Below, piece after piece: positions 1-10,600 of a DNA stretch of 64,000 nucleotides. Made by a program: the position numbers and the translations under genes. The notes under the pieces were generated by a model. The model did not search any database. It saw nothing but the letters and a program-made list of their open reading frames with translations, and was not told the origin of the DNA. The DNA comes from Ostreococcus lucimarinus (taxonomy: Eukaryota), in the NCBI GenBank assembly GCA_000092065.1, contig CP000583.1. One strand, written 5' to 3'. Numbering within the stretch: position 1 is the first letter of the stretch; each line of letters begins with the position of its first letter.

Positions 1-170
1 CGATGCGGCGCGTCACTTCGCGCCGCGACGCGATTCGAATCGATTCGATTCGCGTCGCGCGACGCGCGCGACGCGACGCGACGGAGCGGTCGACGCGCGC
101 GACATAGAGACGCGATCGATCGACGGGACGACGCGCGACGCGAGGCGAGGCGTCGACGAATCCGCGAGAC

Positions 171-202
171 GATCGATCGATCGATCGATCGATCGATCGA
201 TC
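171..202. repeat. (GATC)8 palindromic microsatellite ending about 24 bp upstream of the ATG at 226
   Basis: Direct reading: gatcgatcgatcgatcgatcgatcgatcgatc. Confidence 0.85.
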
Positions 203-225
203 ATCTTGCGAACGGAATCTTCGGG

Positions 226-1965
226 ATGGGGACGCGGCGGCGCGCGCGATGGACGACGGCGACGGTGATGGCGTGCGCGATGATGGTGATGGCGACGGTG
301 ACGGTCGGCGGCGCGCGGGCGCAGACGTGCGAGGCGGGGTGCGCGCCGGAGAGGGAGGCGCGGGACGCGGCGAGGCGAAGCGCGACGCTGGCGCGAGAGC
401 GAGACGCGATTAAAAGCGATTACGATGGGTTGACGAAGGATTTGGAGCGAGCGAGGCGAGAGGCGAAGGAGGCGGTGCGAGCGGCGACGGCGCGGGCGAC
501 GGCGGCGGAGAGTGAGAGGGATCGGGCGAAGGCGGACGGGGAGAGGCGAAGGAGCGACGCGGAGACGATGGAGAAGCGACTCGAGCAGACGATGAAGGAA
601 TTGGACAAGGTGAGGAGCAGCGAATCGAGGCGAGTGACGATGTTGGAAGAACAGGTGCAACTCGCGGAAGAGGCGTGGGTGCCGATTTGGCTTCAACGTC
701 GCGCGGAGCCGGTGACGAAGCGGGCCAAGGAAGCGGTCGAGATTGGGAAGAAGACCACGGCGCAAGCCGTCAAGTTGGGTCAAGAGAAGACGGCGCAAGC
801 GGTGGAGTTCGGCAAGGAAAATATCCCCAAGGTTGTTCAAGCGGTTGAGAAGCAAACGAAGAAAGTGGTGGAGGTGAGTAAGGAACAGACGGCGAAAGTC
901 GTCAACGCCGCCAACGAGCGCATCCCGCACGTGGTGAACGCCGGGAAAGAACAAACCGCCAAGCTCGTGAACGCGGGTAAAGGCGTCGTGGACGGCGTCT
1001 CTAAGACGGTCGGTCAGATTCCGAAAAAGGTCAAGGTTCTCAAAGAACTCAAGCAAGACTTCAAGGAGGCTAAAGCTATTCACGAAAAGAAGCTGAAGAC
1101 GGGCAAGCCGCAGAAGAAGTATCCGCAAAAGTTTTCGACACGACAAGCCGTTCGCGCGCTCGAGCTCACGACCGAAGCCAAGAGTCTCTGGCGTGTCGTT
1201 ACGGCGAAAATATCCGCGGCGGGGTTCCTCAGAGGAATTTTTACCTTGGTTAAGGACGAGTTCAATCGCATTTTCAACGCCGTGAAGAAGTCGTACCGCG
1301 AACGTTTCATCCCGTTCACGCAAACCGTACGAGCGTTCACGGCCAAGCACGTTGGGATCAAGCTCGCCACACTAATTCTTGGGCTTCCGACCGACGTTCT
1401 TCAGAAGATTCCTTTCAACTTGTCCTCGTACGGTGTCGAGAAGCTTTCGGTGAAGATTGCCGACGGAATTTGGACAGTCATCGTGAGCATTTTTGTCATT
1501 GCGATTCTGCGCGACATTTTCATCATCCCTGAAAACAGCTACGCCGCGACGTACTCTTTCATGAAAGTTCCCGAAGAGAACGGTGTTGACGTCCTCATTC
1601 GTTTGCCGCGCGTGGAGAGCATGGATGAGGTCGATTTCCAATTCGATCAAACGTTCAACCAAATCACCATCGACGCCGAGCAAGCGGGGCACAGCGAGCT
1701 TATCGTCGTGCCCAAGTGCAAGATTGGCGTCAAACGATGGGCCAAGCCTTCCCCAATTTTTTTGGAAGGTGAAGAGGTTGTGCTCGTCGAACTTCGTCCC
1801 GTCGGCTCTGGAAGAGATCGCTCCTCCATCGCAGACACTCAGCCACCGCGCGCGCCGTCAGCTCTGTTTCAGCCGTTTGCGCCGGTGACGAAGCGCGCCG
1901 CGCCCAAGAAAAAGGCATCAGCGGACAAAGTCACCACGGCTCGTACGTCGAGAAGCCGACGCTAA
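226..1965 (+). CDS. Secreted/membrane protein: signal peptide, Glu/Arg/Ala-rich coiled coil, then about 9 amphipathic 11-residue repeats (KEQTAKVVNAG / KTAQAVKLGQE) resembling apolipoprotein/synuclein/LEA lipid-binding repeats, then one predicted TM helix
   Basis: ATG-initiated 579-aa ORF. N-terminal hydrophobic signal-like segment (MACAMMVMATVTVGGARA). Periodic K-E/T-Q-T-A-K-V-V repeats visible in translation. AATAAA and TGTAA downstream of the stop. Confidence 0.6.
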   Translation: MGTRRRARWTTATVMACAMMVMATVTVGGARAQTCEAGCAPEREARDAARRSATLARERDAIKSDYDGLTKDLERARREAKEAVRAATARATAAESERDRAKADGERRRSDAETMEKRLEQTMKELDKVRSSESRRVTMLEEQVQLAEEAWVPIWLQRRAEPVTKRAKEAVEIGKKTTAQAVKLGQEKTAQAVEFGKENIPKVVQAVEKQTKKVVEVSKEQTAKVVNAANERIPHVVNAGKEQTAKLVNAGKGVVDGVSKTVGQIPKKVKVLKELKQDFKEAKAIHEKKLKTGKPQKKYPQKFSTRQAVRALELTTEAKSLWRVVTAKISAAGFLRGIFTLVKDEFNRIFNAVKKSYRERFIPFTQTVRAFTAKHVGIKLATLILGLPTDVLQKIPFNLSSYGVEKLSVKIADGIWTVIVSIFVIAILRDIFIIPENSYAATYSFMKVPEENGVDVLIRLPRVESMDEVDFQFDQTFNQITIDAEQAGHSELIVVPKCKIGVKRWAKPSPIFLEGEEVVLVELRPVGSGRDRSSIADTQPPRAPSALFQPFAPVTKRAAPKKKASADKVTTARTSRSRR

Positions 1966-2022
1966 ATAAAATTTTAATTAACATTCCATTTCTACAGCTG
2001 CTGTAAGCTCTACTGCTATTCG

Positions 2023-3180
2023 CTACGTTGTTGCCCGTCTCGCGTTTTCGTGCTTGAGCTGGCTCGCGACGAGCTTCCGAATGCTCGCGCTCTCTTTGAT
2101 CAGAAACGAGTCATCGCGGTCGTTTTGGTGTCGCGTCATCACTTTTTTGACGACTTTTTGCTCCACGATGCTCGCCAAAGCTGCCTCGCACGCGCCCGTG
2201 TCGACGAGAAGTTGCACGTAATCGCAACACAGCTTCCTCACCGCGACTTCTACTGCTGAGTGAGTTATCTTCTTACCGGCGACTTCGTTAATTGGCTCAT
2301 CGATACGCGTCGCGGCGTCGCACGCTTCGTCGAGCGCTTCGCTCTCTTCCGCGTCGACGTCCTCTTCTCCGCCAACCTCGACTTTGACTTCGTCCACGTT
2401 GGCAGCACGATGCGCCGAGCCGTCGCGATGCTTGCAAGCAGCGATGAAAAATTCGACCGCTTCATCTCCTCTCACGGTTGAACATCGCGTGAGATCGATA
2501 TCGTTCGCCGCCGAGCACTCGTAGTCTTGCTTCAGCGCTCCAGGCTCCGCTTTCGCCGATTCACCACCGCGCAACATCAGTTGCGCGCTCAAATTCCTAT
2601 ACGTCGCCTTGCTCGTCGCCTTTGCGTGCAATTTCATCTCTTCCTTCACCGCCTCCTCGACCGCCGATTTACGCTCATCTGGATGTGCAGATATCCACGC
2701 TTCGCTCACGCGCTCCCTGACTCCGACGTTCGCCCGACTGCGAAGCTTTCTCGCCGCGAGCGCGTTCAGAAATCGCTGTCGCACCGCTCGCGGCACCTTC
2801 GCCGGCGCTCGCATCGAAAACGCCTGCGTCACCATCGGCCGTTCGCTCTCCGGTAAATGCATCAATAATTTCGCATCCTCCTTCGCCCACGCCTCGGCGT
2901 CGACCGCGTTCGGCGTCGACGGCGCCGTCGACGGCGCCCGCGCCGGCGCCGCCGTCCCGCGCGCGCCGTCGTCCGCCGCCCGCGCCGCCGCCCGGCGATC
3001 TCCCGGCGGACGAAACGGCGCGTCTTTGCGCTCGCGCGTGAGTTCTTCGAGCGGGACGAACGTCCGTCGTCGACCGAGCGGTTGAACGCCGTCGACGTCG
3101 CGCGTCGACGCGTCGGCGTCGTCGGAGGAAGATTCTGCGAGCGCCGCGGCGCGCGCCAAGATGGCCTCGCGACGGCTCAT
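2023..3180 (-). CDS. Hypothetical nuclear protein, weakly TFIIS-central-domain-like (KATYRNLSAQLMLRGG motif)
   Basis: 394-aa ORF on the minus strand. The ORF-track start is TTG; the first ATG (MSRREAIL) is at 3180. The assignment to TFIIS domain II is by motif recollection only. Confidence 0.35.
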   Translation of the reverse strand: MSRREAILARAAALAESSSDDADASTRDVDGVQPLGRRRTFVPLEELTRERKDAPFRPPGDRRAAARAADDGARGTAAPARAPSTAPSTPNAVDAEAWAKEDAKLLMHLPESERPMVTQAFSMRAPAKVPRAVRQRFLNALAARKLRSRANVGVRERVSEAWISAHPDERKSAVEEAVKEEMKLHAKATSKATYRNLSAQLMLRGGESAKAEPGALKQDYECSAANDIDLTRCSTVRGDEAVEFFIAACKHRDGSAHRAANVDEVKVEVGGEEDVDAEESEALDEACDAATRIDEPINEVAGKKITHSAVEVAVRKLCCDYVQLLVDTGACEAALASIVEQKVVKKVMTRHQNDRDDSFLIKESASIRKLVASQLKHENARRATT

Positions 3181-3348
3181 CGTCCTCGACGCGACGAAAC
3201 GGTCCAAGGTGCTCGCGCGCGGCGCATGTTCGCGCGCGCGTTCGCGCGCGACGCGCGACGCGGCGTTAAATGAAGGGTTGAATGATTTACTACAACTTTC
3301 CTACGCCGCGCCGCGAGACGCGGAGTGGCTCGCTAAAGAATTAAATCG

Positions 3349-5637
3349 CTATTTTGAAGGCTGGGGCCTCGTGAGCTCGTGCAAGAAGCGCCTCGCGAGC
3401 TCCTTCGCGTCCGATACCGCGGTGTGTCCTTCGGTGCGACGGTTGGCGCGCAAAACGTTGAGGCGTTGACAGGCGAAGCGCTTCGAGTCGCGAGCGACGC
3501 GAAGCGTCTCGACGTCGAGCGCGGCTCGACCGAGCACGGGGATCCAAAGGTCCGGGTTGTCACCTAACGCGATGATGGTCGATCGAATGGCGTCGATGGC
3601 GTTGTCGACGGTGAACGCATCGTCGGACGAACTTTCGCCATCGCGACGCGCGTCGCGAGCGAGGAGCGTTTCGAGCGCGGCGACGAAATCATCGATGAGT
3701 TTCTGACGAGTCGACTCGCCTCGTTCGCTCAACAAAAATTTGAGCGCGTCCTCCATCGCCACTTTCGTCGCTCGACGAGCCTCTTCTTCGCCATTTTCGG
3801 TCGCGCGCTCGCCCGACACGAGCTCGGTGATACCAACGACGGTTTTCTCGAGCGCTTGACGGAAATCAGATTTCGCCGTCGCGTCGGACGACGCCATCGG
3901 CGTCGTCTCGACACCGTACGCGCGAATGAGGCGTACTAAGCGCTTGTAACGAATGGATCCATCATCCGACAGCAATAATCTTCGCAGACTTTCTCGCATT
4001 TCGGGACTTCGATCGCTCAAAACTCGAGACAGTACGAAGGGATAACTCCTGTCCACGACGCGAAACGACGGGTCGATGGTCGTCGCCGTGCCTTCCAATG
4101 CCGCGAGCGCACGCAGAATGCGCGAAAAGTACGGCGGCAGTCTGAATCCATGTTTCATCAGTGCCGTGGATAACTGGGAGACGACGCCCATGAAATCGTT
4201 GCTGTTACGAACCTTGGTCGTGCTCTCGCCCGCGAAGACGGATCGCAGCGCCTCCTCCGCCGCCGCGCGGTCGACGTTTGGGGGGAGAAAATCCATGACT
4301 TTCAAGTCATCTACCAATCCCCGCGCGTCGCGATTGACGAACCCGATCAATCCGCGAACCATCGCTCGTCTGGTCTCGATCGGGACCTCCACCGTCATGC
4401 CGAAATCGAGATACGTCAAACCGCCGTTTTCGGCGACTAACAGGTTACCCGGATGCGGGTCGGTGTGCATGAATCCAGAACTCAGTAACTGATGGAGAGA
4501 CGCGCGCAAGCCTCGATCGAGGACTTCTTTCGGGGTGATCCCTCGCGATTGCATCAGCGACACGTCCGTCAAACGCAAGCCTTGCACCCACTCCATGGTC
4601 AGCACCGTGGGCGTGCTCAGAAAGTCGACGACGCGAGGCGCGTACACCAAACCCGCGAGTCCGACCCCGGCGTCGCCATTCGCGGCATACATCTCTCGAA
4701 ACCGCTCGCAACTCTCCGCCTCCTTGCTATAATCCATTTCCTCGAATATTCTCCCCACGAGCTCGTCCACGATGCCCACAACATCGCTCTTAAAGTTCCT
4801 CCACTTGCCGACGACGCCCACAAAGCGCCGCAAAATCACCGCGTCCAACGCCACGAGCTCGGCCAATCCCGGACGTTGAAGCTTAATCGCCACCTCGTGC
4901 CCCCCCGGAAGCGTCGCGCGGTACACTTGCGCGAGCGACGCCGCCGCCACGGGCGTTGGCTCAAACTTCTCGAAGAAATCAATCGAAATCCCGAGCTCGC
5001 GCTCGAGCGTCTCCAGACTCGTCGCCAAATCCGACGGCGGCAGCGCGTCCTGCAATTTCGCCAGCTCCTCCACGTACTCCACCGGAAACACGTCCGCGCG
5101 CGTCGACATCACCTGTCCCAATTTTATGTACGCCGGCCCGAGCCTCGTGAGCGTCTCCGTGAACGCTCGCGCGCGCCTTCTCCGCTCCCCCGCGCGCGCC
5201 GCGACGCCCAGCCCGATCGCCCCCAGCTCGTACCCCACCACCATCGCCCTCGCCAGCACCCGCAGCGGCCGTCTCGCGAACCACGCCTCGAACGCCTCGA
5301 CGTCGTACCGCAGCGCTCGTCGCCACGGCGCGCGCGCCTCCGTCGCCGTCGTCGTCCCCCGCGCGTCGTCGCCGCTCGTCGACGTCGTCCCGCCGTCCCG
5401 TCGCCGCGCCGCGCGCGCGTCGTCCACGAGCGCGCGCGCGCGCGCCAGCGCCGCCTCGCTCGCCCGCGCGCCGTCGTCGGCGCGCGCGCGCGCGCGTCTC
5501 GCGTCTCGCGCGCGCGCGCCGCCGTCGTCGTCGTCGTCGCGCGCCGTGCCACGCATCGCCGTCGTCATCGTTCGCGCGTCGCGCGCCGTCGCGCCGTTCC
5601 GCGCGAGCGCCGCGACGCGCCCGCGCGCGCGCATCAT
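3349..5637 (-). CDS. ABC1/ADCK/UbiB-family atypical kinase (ABC1K-like), with an Arg/Asp-rich N-terminal extension that may be a targeting peptide
   Basis: Core AFTETLTRLGPAYIKLGQVMSTRADVFPVEYVEELAKLQDALPP and the downstream kinase-like region are typical of ABC1/UbiB proteins. Start codon uncertain. Confidence 0.8.
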   Translation of the reverse strand: MMRARGRVAALARNGATARDARTMTTAMRGTARDDDDDGGARARDARRARARADDGARASEAALARARALVDDARAARRRDGGTTSTSGDDARGTTTATEARAPWRRALRYDVEAFEAWFARRPLRVLARAMVVGYELGAIGLGVAARAGERRRRARAFTETLTRLGPAYIKLGQVMSTRADVFPVEYVEELAKLQDALPPSDLATSLETLERELGISIDFFEKFEPTPVAAASLAQVYRATLPGGHEVAIKLQRPGLAELVALDAVILRRFVGVVGKWRNFKSDVVGIVDELVGRIFEEMDYSKEAESCERFREMYAANGDAGVGLAGLVYAPRVVDFLSTPTVLTMEWVQGLRLTDVSLMQSRGITPKEVLDRGLRASLHQLLSSGFMHTDPHPGNLLVAENGGLTYLDFGMTVEVPIETRRAMVRGLIGFVNRDARGLVDDLKVMDFLPPNVDRAAAEEALRSVFAGESTTKVRNSNDFMGVVSQLSTALMKHGFRLPPYFSRILRALAALEGTATTIDPSFRVVDRSYPFVLSRVLSDRSPEMRESLRRLLLSDDGSIRYKRLVRLIRAYGVETTPMASSDATAKSDFRQALEKTVVGITELVSGERATENGEEEARRATKVAMEDALKFLLSERGESTRQKLIDDFVAALETLLARDARRDGESSSDDAFTVDNAIDAIRSTIIALGDNPDLWIPVLGRAALDVETLRVARDSKRFACQRLNVLRANRRTEGHTAVSDAKELARRFLHELTRPQPSK

Positions 5638-5701
5638 CGCGCGCGCCGTTTGTCACCCCTCGCGCGTCGCCGCGCCGGCCATCGTGAATGCGCGCGCGTC
5701 A

Positions 5702-6484
5702 ATGCGGGCCGTCCCGCGCGCCGTCCCGAACAATTCGCCGCACCGCGACGCCATGCGCGCGTCGCGCGCGCGTCGCGACGTCGCGATCGCGCCGTCGCGT
5801 CGCCGACGTCGCGCCGGCCATCGTCGCGCGACGGACGCCGACGGATTCTGGATCCCGGGGCCGTTCTTAAGACCCGAGGGATCGCCCGCGAGCGAGTCGT
5901 GCACCGGGCCGACGGTGTGGCGATTGATGCAGACGGAGCTCGCGGAGAGCGGACTCGAGCAGATCGCGCCGTCGCGCGCGCGCGCGATGGCGACGTCGAA
6001 CGGGTGGACGCTGCTCGACGTGCGACCGCGGAGCGATTATCGCGAGAGACACTGCTGGGGCGCGGCGAACGCGCAGTATTATCGAGCGATGGACGCGCGC
6101 GCGCCGGAAAATTGGGGAAAGGCGGCGCTGAGCGCGATGATGTTTCCGGAGCGCGTCGGGAAGGGGTATCTGAACGTGACGGAGAATGAGAATTTTATGG
6201 AGGAGGTGCTGGAGGCGGTGGAGTGGGGGTCGAAACTCATCGTGTACGACGACGCGGGGGGGGTGATCGGGGAGCCGGGAGTGAATTTCGAGAACGGCGT
6301 GCAGACGCCGAGCTTGATGGCGATCTACGAGCTCGCGGCGCGGGGGTGGGGGACGGAAAATTTATTGCACATGGCGGGGGGGCTCGTTTACTGGGACGAG
6401 GTCGACCGCTTCGACTGCGGGGAGATCGACGCGAGCGCGCTCGAAGAGGAGGCGCGAGCCGACGGCGCGAGCGAGGGCTGGTGA
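5702..6484 (+). CDS. Rhodanese-domain (sulfurtransferase-like) protein
   Basis: C-terminal WTLLDVRPRSDYRERHCWGAANAQYY ... LIVYDDAGG matches the rhodanese fold. The ORF-track ORF (5126..) carries a long Ala/Arg/Ser junk N-terminus; the start is taken at the in-frame ATG 5702 (alternative 5753). Confidence 0.55.
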   Translation: MRAVPRAVPNNSPHRDAMRASRARRDVAIAPSRRRRRAGHRRATDADGFWIPGPFLRPEGSPASESCTGPTVWRLMQTELAESGLEQIAPSRARAMATSNGWTLLDVRPRSDYRERHCWGAANAQYYRAMDARAPENWGKAALSAMMFPERVGKGYLNVTENENFMEEVLEAVEWGSKLIVYDDAGGVIGEPGVNFENGVQTPSLMAIYELAARGWGTENLLHMAGGLVYWDEVDRFDCGEIDASALEEEARADGASEGW

Positions 6485-6566
6485 TCGCTAGTGATTAATG
6501 ATATCTATTCAAGCGCTACGTGATCAATCTATTGGAAACTAAACGGCGAGCCGAGCCATCGCGCGC

Positions 6567-7499
6567 TCACCATCCCGACTGCTTGAGCGTCTCGTAAACG
6601 CCAAAGGAAATCGCGGAACCGGGCGCGACCGCGGCGACGCGCGCGCCCGCGCCCGCGAACAATCCACGCGCGCCTTCGCGCTTAAACACGTCTCGTAACA
6701 CCTCACGCAACGACGCCGACGTCGTCGTCTCGAACCGCATCGTCTGCAAGCGCGTCTTGGCCAAATCGAGCGGGTGCGTGAGCGTCGTCGCCGCCGTCGC
6801 CGCCGCCGTCGCGCTCACCGCGCTCACCATCGGCGACGCCTCACCACCGCTCGACTCCAACGCAACGCGCGATCGTTCGTATATCGCAAAGTACGCCGCC
6901 GACCACGGCCACCACACGAAATTCTGCGCCCAGTATCCCCGAAACAGTCCCCGCGCGCCCTCCTCTCGCGCGATGACGCGCGCCGCGTCCACCCAATGTC
7001 TATACCGTCCCATCCTCGCGCGTTCGCCCAGCACGTCTTGCGTCTGCAATCTTTCCTTTATCACGTCCATCGGCGTGTACACCACTCCCGCGAGCGCTTG
7101 CGCCCACATCCCCGTCGCCGCGCTCGCGCTCGCGCTCGTCCCGAACCATCGCGTCCCGCTCTCGTACCCGACGAAGTACGCCCCGCTCGCGAGCGGCGCG
7201 AGCGCCGCGACGGCGCCGAATCCTTTATATAATCCCACCGCGCGCGTTCGTCCGCCCTCGGCGCGCGCGACGGCGCCGCGCGCGCCTCGGACTTGCGCGC
7301 GCGCCTTGAGCGTGTCCATGGGGTGCGTCAAGAAACGCGCCGCGAGCCCGCTGACGGCGCCGCGCGCGCCGTCGGCGAGGACGCCGTCGAGCGCGGACGC
7401 CGCGGCGGGGTCCGCGCCGCGCGCGCGGGCGCTCGACATGCGGCGAGCGACGCGCGCCGCGTCCGCGTGTGACGCGTGTGTTGTGTGATAAATACACAC
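6567..7499 (-). CDS. Mitochondrial carrier family (SLC25) protein
   Basis: Three repeats with P-x-D-x-x-K-x-R signatures (PMDTLKARAQ, PMDVIKERLQ, PLDLAKTRLQ). ATG at 7499; alternative start MSSAR at 7437. Confidence 0.75.
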   Translation of the reverse strand: MCIYHTTHASHADAARVARRMSSARARGADPAAASALDGVLADGARGAVSGLAARFLTHPMDTLKARAQVRGARGAVARAEGGRTRAVGLYKGFGAVAALAPLASGAYFVGYESGTRWFGTSASASAATGMWAQALAGVVYTPMDVIKERLQTQDVLGERARMGRYRHWVDAARVIAREEGARGLFRGYWAQNFVWWPWSAAYFAIYERSRVALESSGGEASPMVSAVSATAAATAATTLTHPLDLAKTRLQTMRFETTTSASLREVLRDVFKREGARGLFAGAGARVAAVAPGSAISFGVYETLKQSGW

Positions 7500-7635
7500 A
7501 TCGGTGCTTTTTCGATTAAATACGTAAAGTAGGGTTTACGTGGTGCGTCGACGTCGATGCGTCGCGCGCTTATCCGGCGCGCGCCGCAGACGACGACGCG
7601 CGCGCGCCACGCGAGCGGCGCGCGACGCGGCGCAC

Positions 7636-10600
7636 ATGACGCCCGCATCGCGCGATGCGCGCGCGAGCCCGCGCGGTGCGGCGCGCGCGACGCGAGCGCC
7701 GCGAATGCGCGCGCGGCGCGGCGACGTCGCATCGTCCCGAGGACGACGACCGCGCGCGCCGCGCCCGCGCGCGAGCGTCGACGAAGAGCGCTCCGAGCGC
7801 GCGGACAGCGCCGACGGTGCGTCGACGAGCGCGAGGCGGCCGACGATGGAGCTGCAGATGACGCCCGCGAGCGGGGCCCCGTTCGGGGGGTCCAGGGTGG
7901 TGGACTTTGTCGCGGCGTGGGACGCGATATCGCCGCGATTGGCGGCGCGCGAACACGGAGAGGCGGACAAGGAGATGCTGCTGAGCGCGTTGACGCTCGC
8001 CATACCGCGGCTGCAGCAGATCGTGCGAACGGAAGGGAAAGGAAAGAAGCCGGCGCACGAGCGAGCGGTGGACGTGACGCTCACGCTCGTGGACATGGGG
8101 ATGGACGCGGAATGCATCTCCGCGGGATTGCTTCGAGAGGCCGTGGTGCACGGGACGGTGAGTTTGGATGAGATAGAGGACGTGCTCGGGGAGCGGGTGA
8201 TGCGGTTGGCGCACGATGTGGGGCGAGTGCACGATTTACCGAGACGAGTGCACTCGTACGACGAAAACGCGGCGGAACGCTTGCGGTCGTTTTACCTGTC
8301 GTTTCACGACATAAGAGCGATCGTGGTGGAGTTGGCGTGCAGACTTGATACTTTGAGAAACATCGATGAGCTTGAGCCGATCCAGCGGACGACGATTGCG
8401 TTGGAGACGATGCAGATTTACGCCCCCATGGCGCACGCGTTGAACACGGGCGCCCTTTGCGCAGAGTTGGAAGATTTAGCGTTTAAGATTTTGTTTCCGA
8501 CGTCTTACGCCTCGCTGGAGAGGTGGCTGACGGCAAAAAGTCCAGGGGACTCGGCCATCTTGGATAAGATGACAAAGATGCTCACGGATACGATGAACGC
8601 CGACACGACGATGAACGCGTTGATCGGCCGCGGAGGGGTCAAGGTTTTGGCGAGAAGGAAATCTCGTTACTCCACCATGAAGAAGATCATTCGCGATGGG
8701 CGAAAGCGTGAAGAGGTGCACGATTTGCTCGGACTACGCCTCGTTTTGACCCCGCAACCTGGGAGTGGGGCGGAATTGCCCGGCATGGGTCAGGTGTATT
8801 CGGGTGAGGTTACGTACGAGCACATGGAGGCGAGAGCGTTAAAAGCGGCGAACGCGGCGTGCTATCGCGCACAGCAAATAGTGCACGGTTTATTTCCAGC
8901 CGTAAGCGGACGAACCAAGGACTACATCAGTGATCCCAAGGCGAACGGATACTCGTCCTTGCACAGCACTCTCAAGGTCGCGTTTGGCGACGACGGCAAA
9001 CCTTTGGCGTCGAGCGAAGCGTACAAACGCGGCGTGAATGTCGAGATGCAGATCCGAACGGCAGCCATGCATCTCGCCGCTGAAGCGGGCACTGCGTCGC
9101 ACAATTCGTATAAGGGTGGCTTGAAGGAAGACACGGGTATGGCGGGCTCGCTCGCGGACTTGGCCTCGGCAGCGAATCGCGCCGCGGAGGAAAAGTTTGG
9201 CGCTTTCACGCACGCCGATTTGCGCGAACGCGACGAACTCCACGACAGATTGTTCGAAGCATTCGATCTTGATGGTGATGGTCGCGTCACGATGAGTGAG
9301 CTGCGTACGGTACTGGAGAAAATATGGGACACGGAGATGAACGATTTGCGCGAGGAAGCTCACGCGTTGATGGAGCTCCTCGACGTTAACCAGGATGGTA
9401 CTATCGACGCTGATGAATTTGCAAAGTTCCGCGCGTCGCTCACCGCGATTAGTGCGCTACCTAAAGCGGATGCGGCGACCTTGGCGGCGATTGAAGCCGT
9501 TGCGATTGACGTTGAGATCGCCGAAGACGCGCCGGCGGCGCAAGTCGAGGACAAAGCTTTGGTGATTGACGTCAACCCCACGGAGGTGCCCACGGGTGAA
9601 AATATCGAAGAGAAGGCCGAATTGATAGCCACCGTGCGCGCGAAGGTACGAGCCGCGGTATCTGAGAGCTACGAGTACACCGGTAAAGTAGATTTAGCCG
9701 GGCGCAAGGCAACTGCGGCGATGCGCGATTCCGAGTCGGGTCCGGTGGAATGGCAACTGGTGTGGGATTTGATGCGAACTGGTCGAGCCGAGACAGCGCG
9801 TCAACTGTTTTACCAGCGTACTACGCGAGCGCCGAGTCAGATTCTTGTATGGGAGCAGTGGGCACGTTTTGAGCTTCTTCAAGGAGACCCCGAACGCGCG
9901 CGAAGCCTCTACCGCGCTGCATTGTTGCACTGCGAAGATCAGCCCATGGTGCGGGCCGAAATTTTGCGAAAATGGGCCATGATGGAGATAGTATCCACCG
10001 ATGCGCTGCACCAAACGTCTCATTCTGATTTGTTTTCTCGCACGATTGCGGTGCTGGCAGAGGCTCAGAGCAAAGGGCGCATCACTGCCGAGGAGTCTGG
10101 CTCAGCGCAAGCGAAGACGTACCAAGTTTGGGCGCAGGGGCTCGCTCGTGCGGGGAACATCGACGAAGCGAGAAAACTTTTGGATAAGGCTATCGATCTG
10201 GACGAAAACAATGCAGCCGTTGCGCACGCTCAAGGGCAAATCGAGGAAACGCTCGATAACTTCCCGGCAGCCATCGCCGCGTATCGTCGGGGTCTCGAAG
10301 CGAACCCGAACGACGCCTACTTGCTTCAGTCGTGGGGTCGAATCGAGGCGAAGATGGGTCGTTTGGACAACGCTCGAAAGCTGTTTAGACACGGCGTCGA
10401 AACAAACGAGGAAAATTACCACATTCCCCAGGCTTGGGCGGTGAGTGAGGCGGAGCATCCAGAAGGCGACGCGGCGACGGCGCGTGAAATGTTTCAACGC
10501 GCGAGCTCACTCGCGTACTGGTCCGTCCAAACCTGGGCTGCTTGGGCGCGCTTTGAACTGGACGCGGAAGATAACGAGCAAAGGCTTGAAACTGCGCGCA

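Noticed and set aside
13-1350. 445-aa minus-strand ORF antisense to the first gene.
   Set aside because: It has Arg/Leu/Pro/His-rich low-complexity composition typical of antisense translation of GC3-rich coding DNA. The opposite strand encodes a coherent protein.
4492-6189. 565-aa plus-strand ORF, and the overlapping 4979..5656 and 5124..5552 ORFs.
   Set aside because: All are antisense or out-of-frame with the ABC1K gene. Their extreme Arg/Pro/Ala composition and lack of motifs mark them as GC-driven artefacts.
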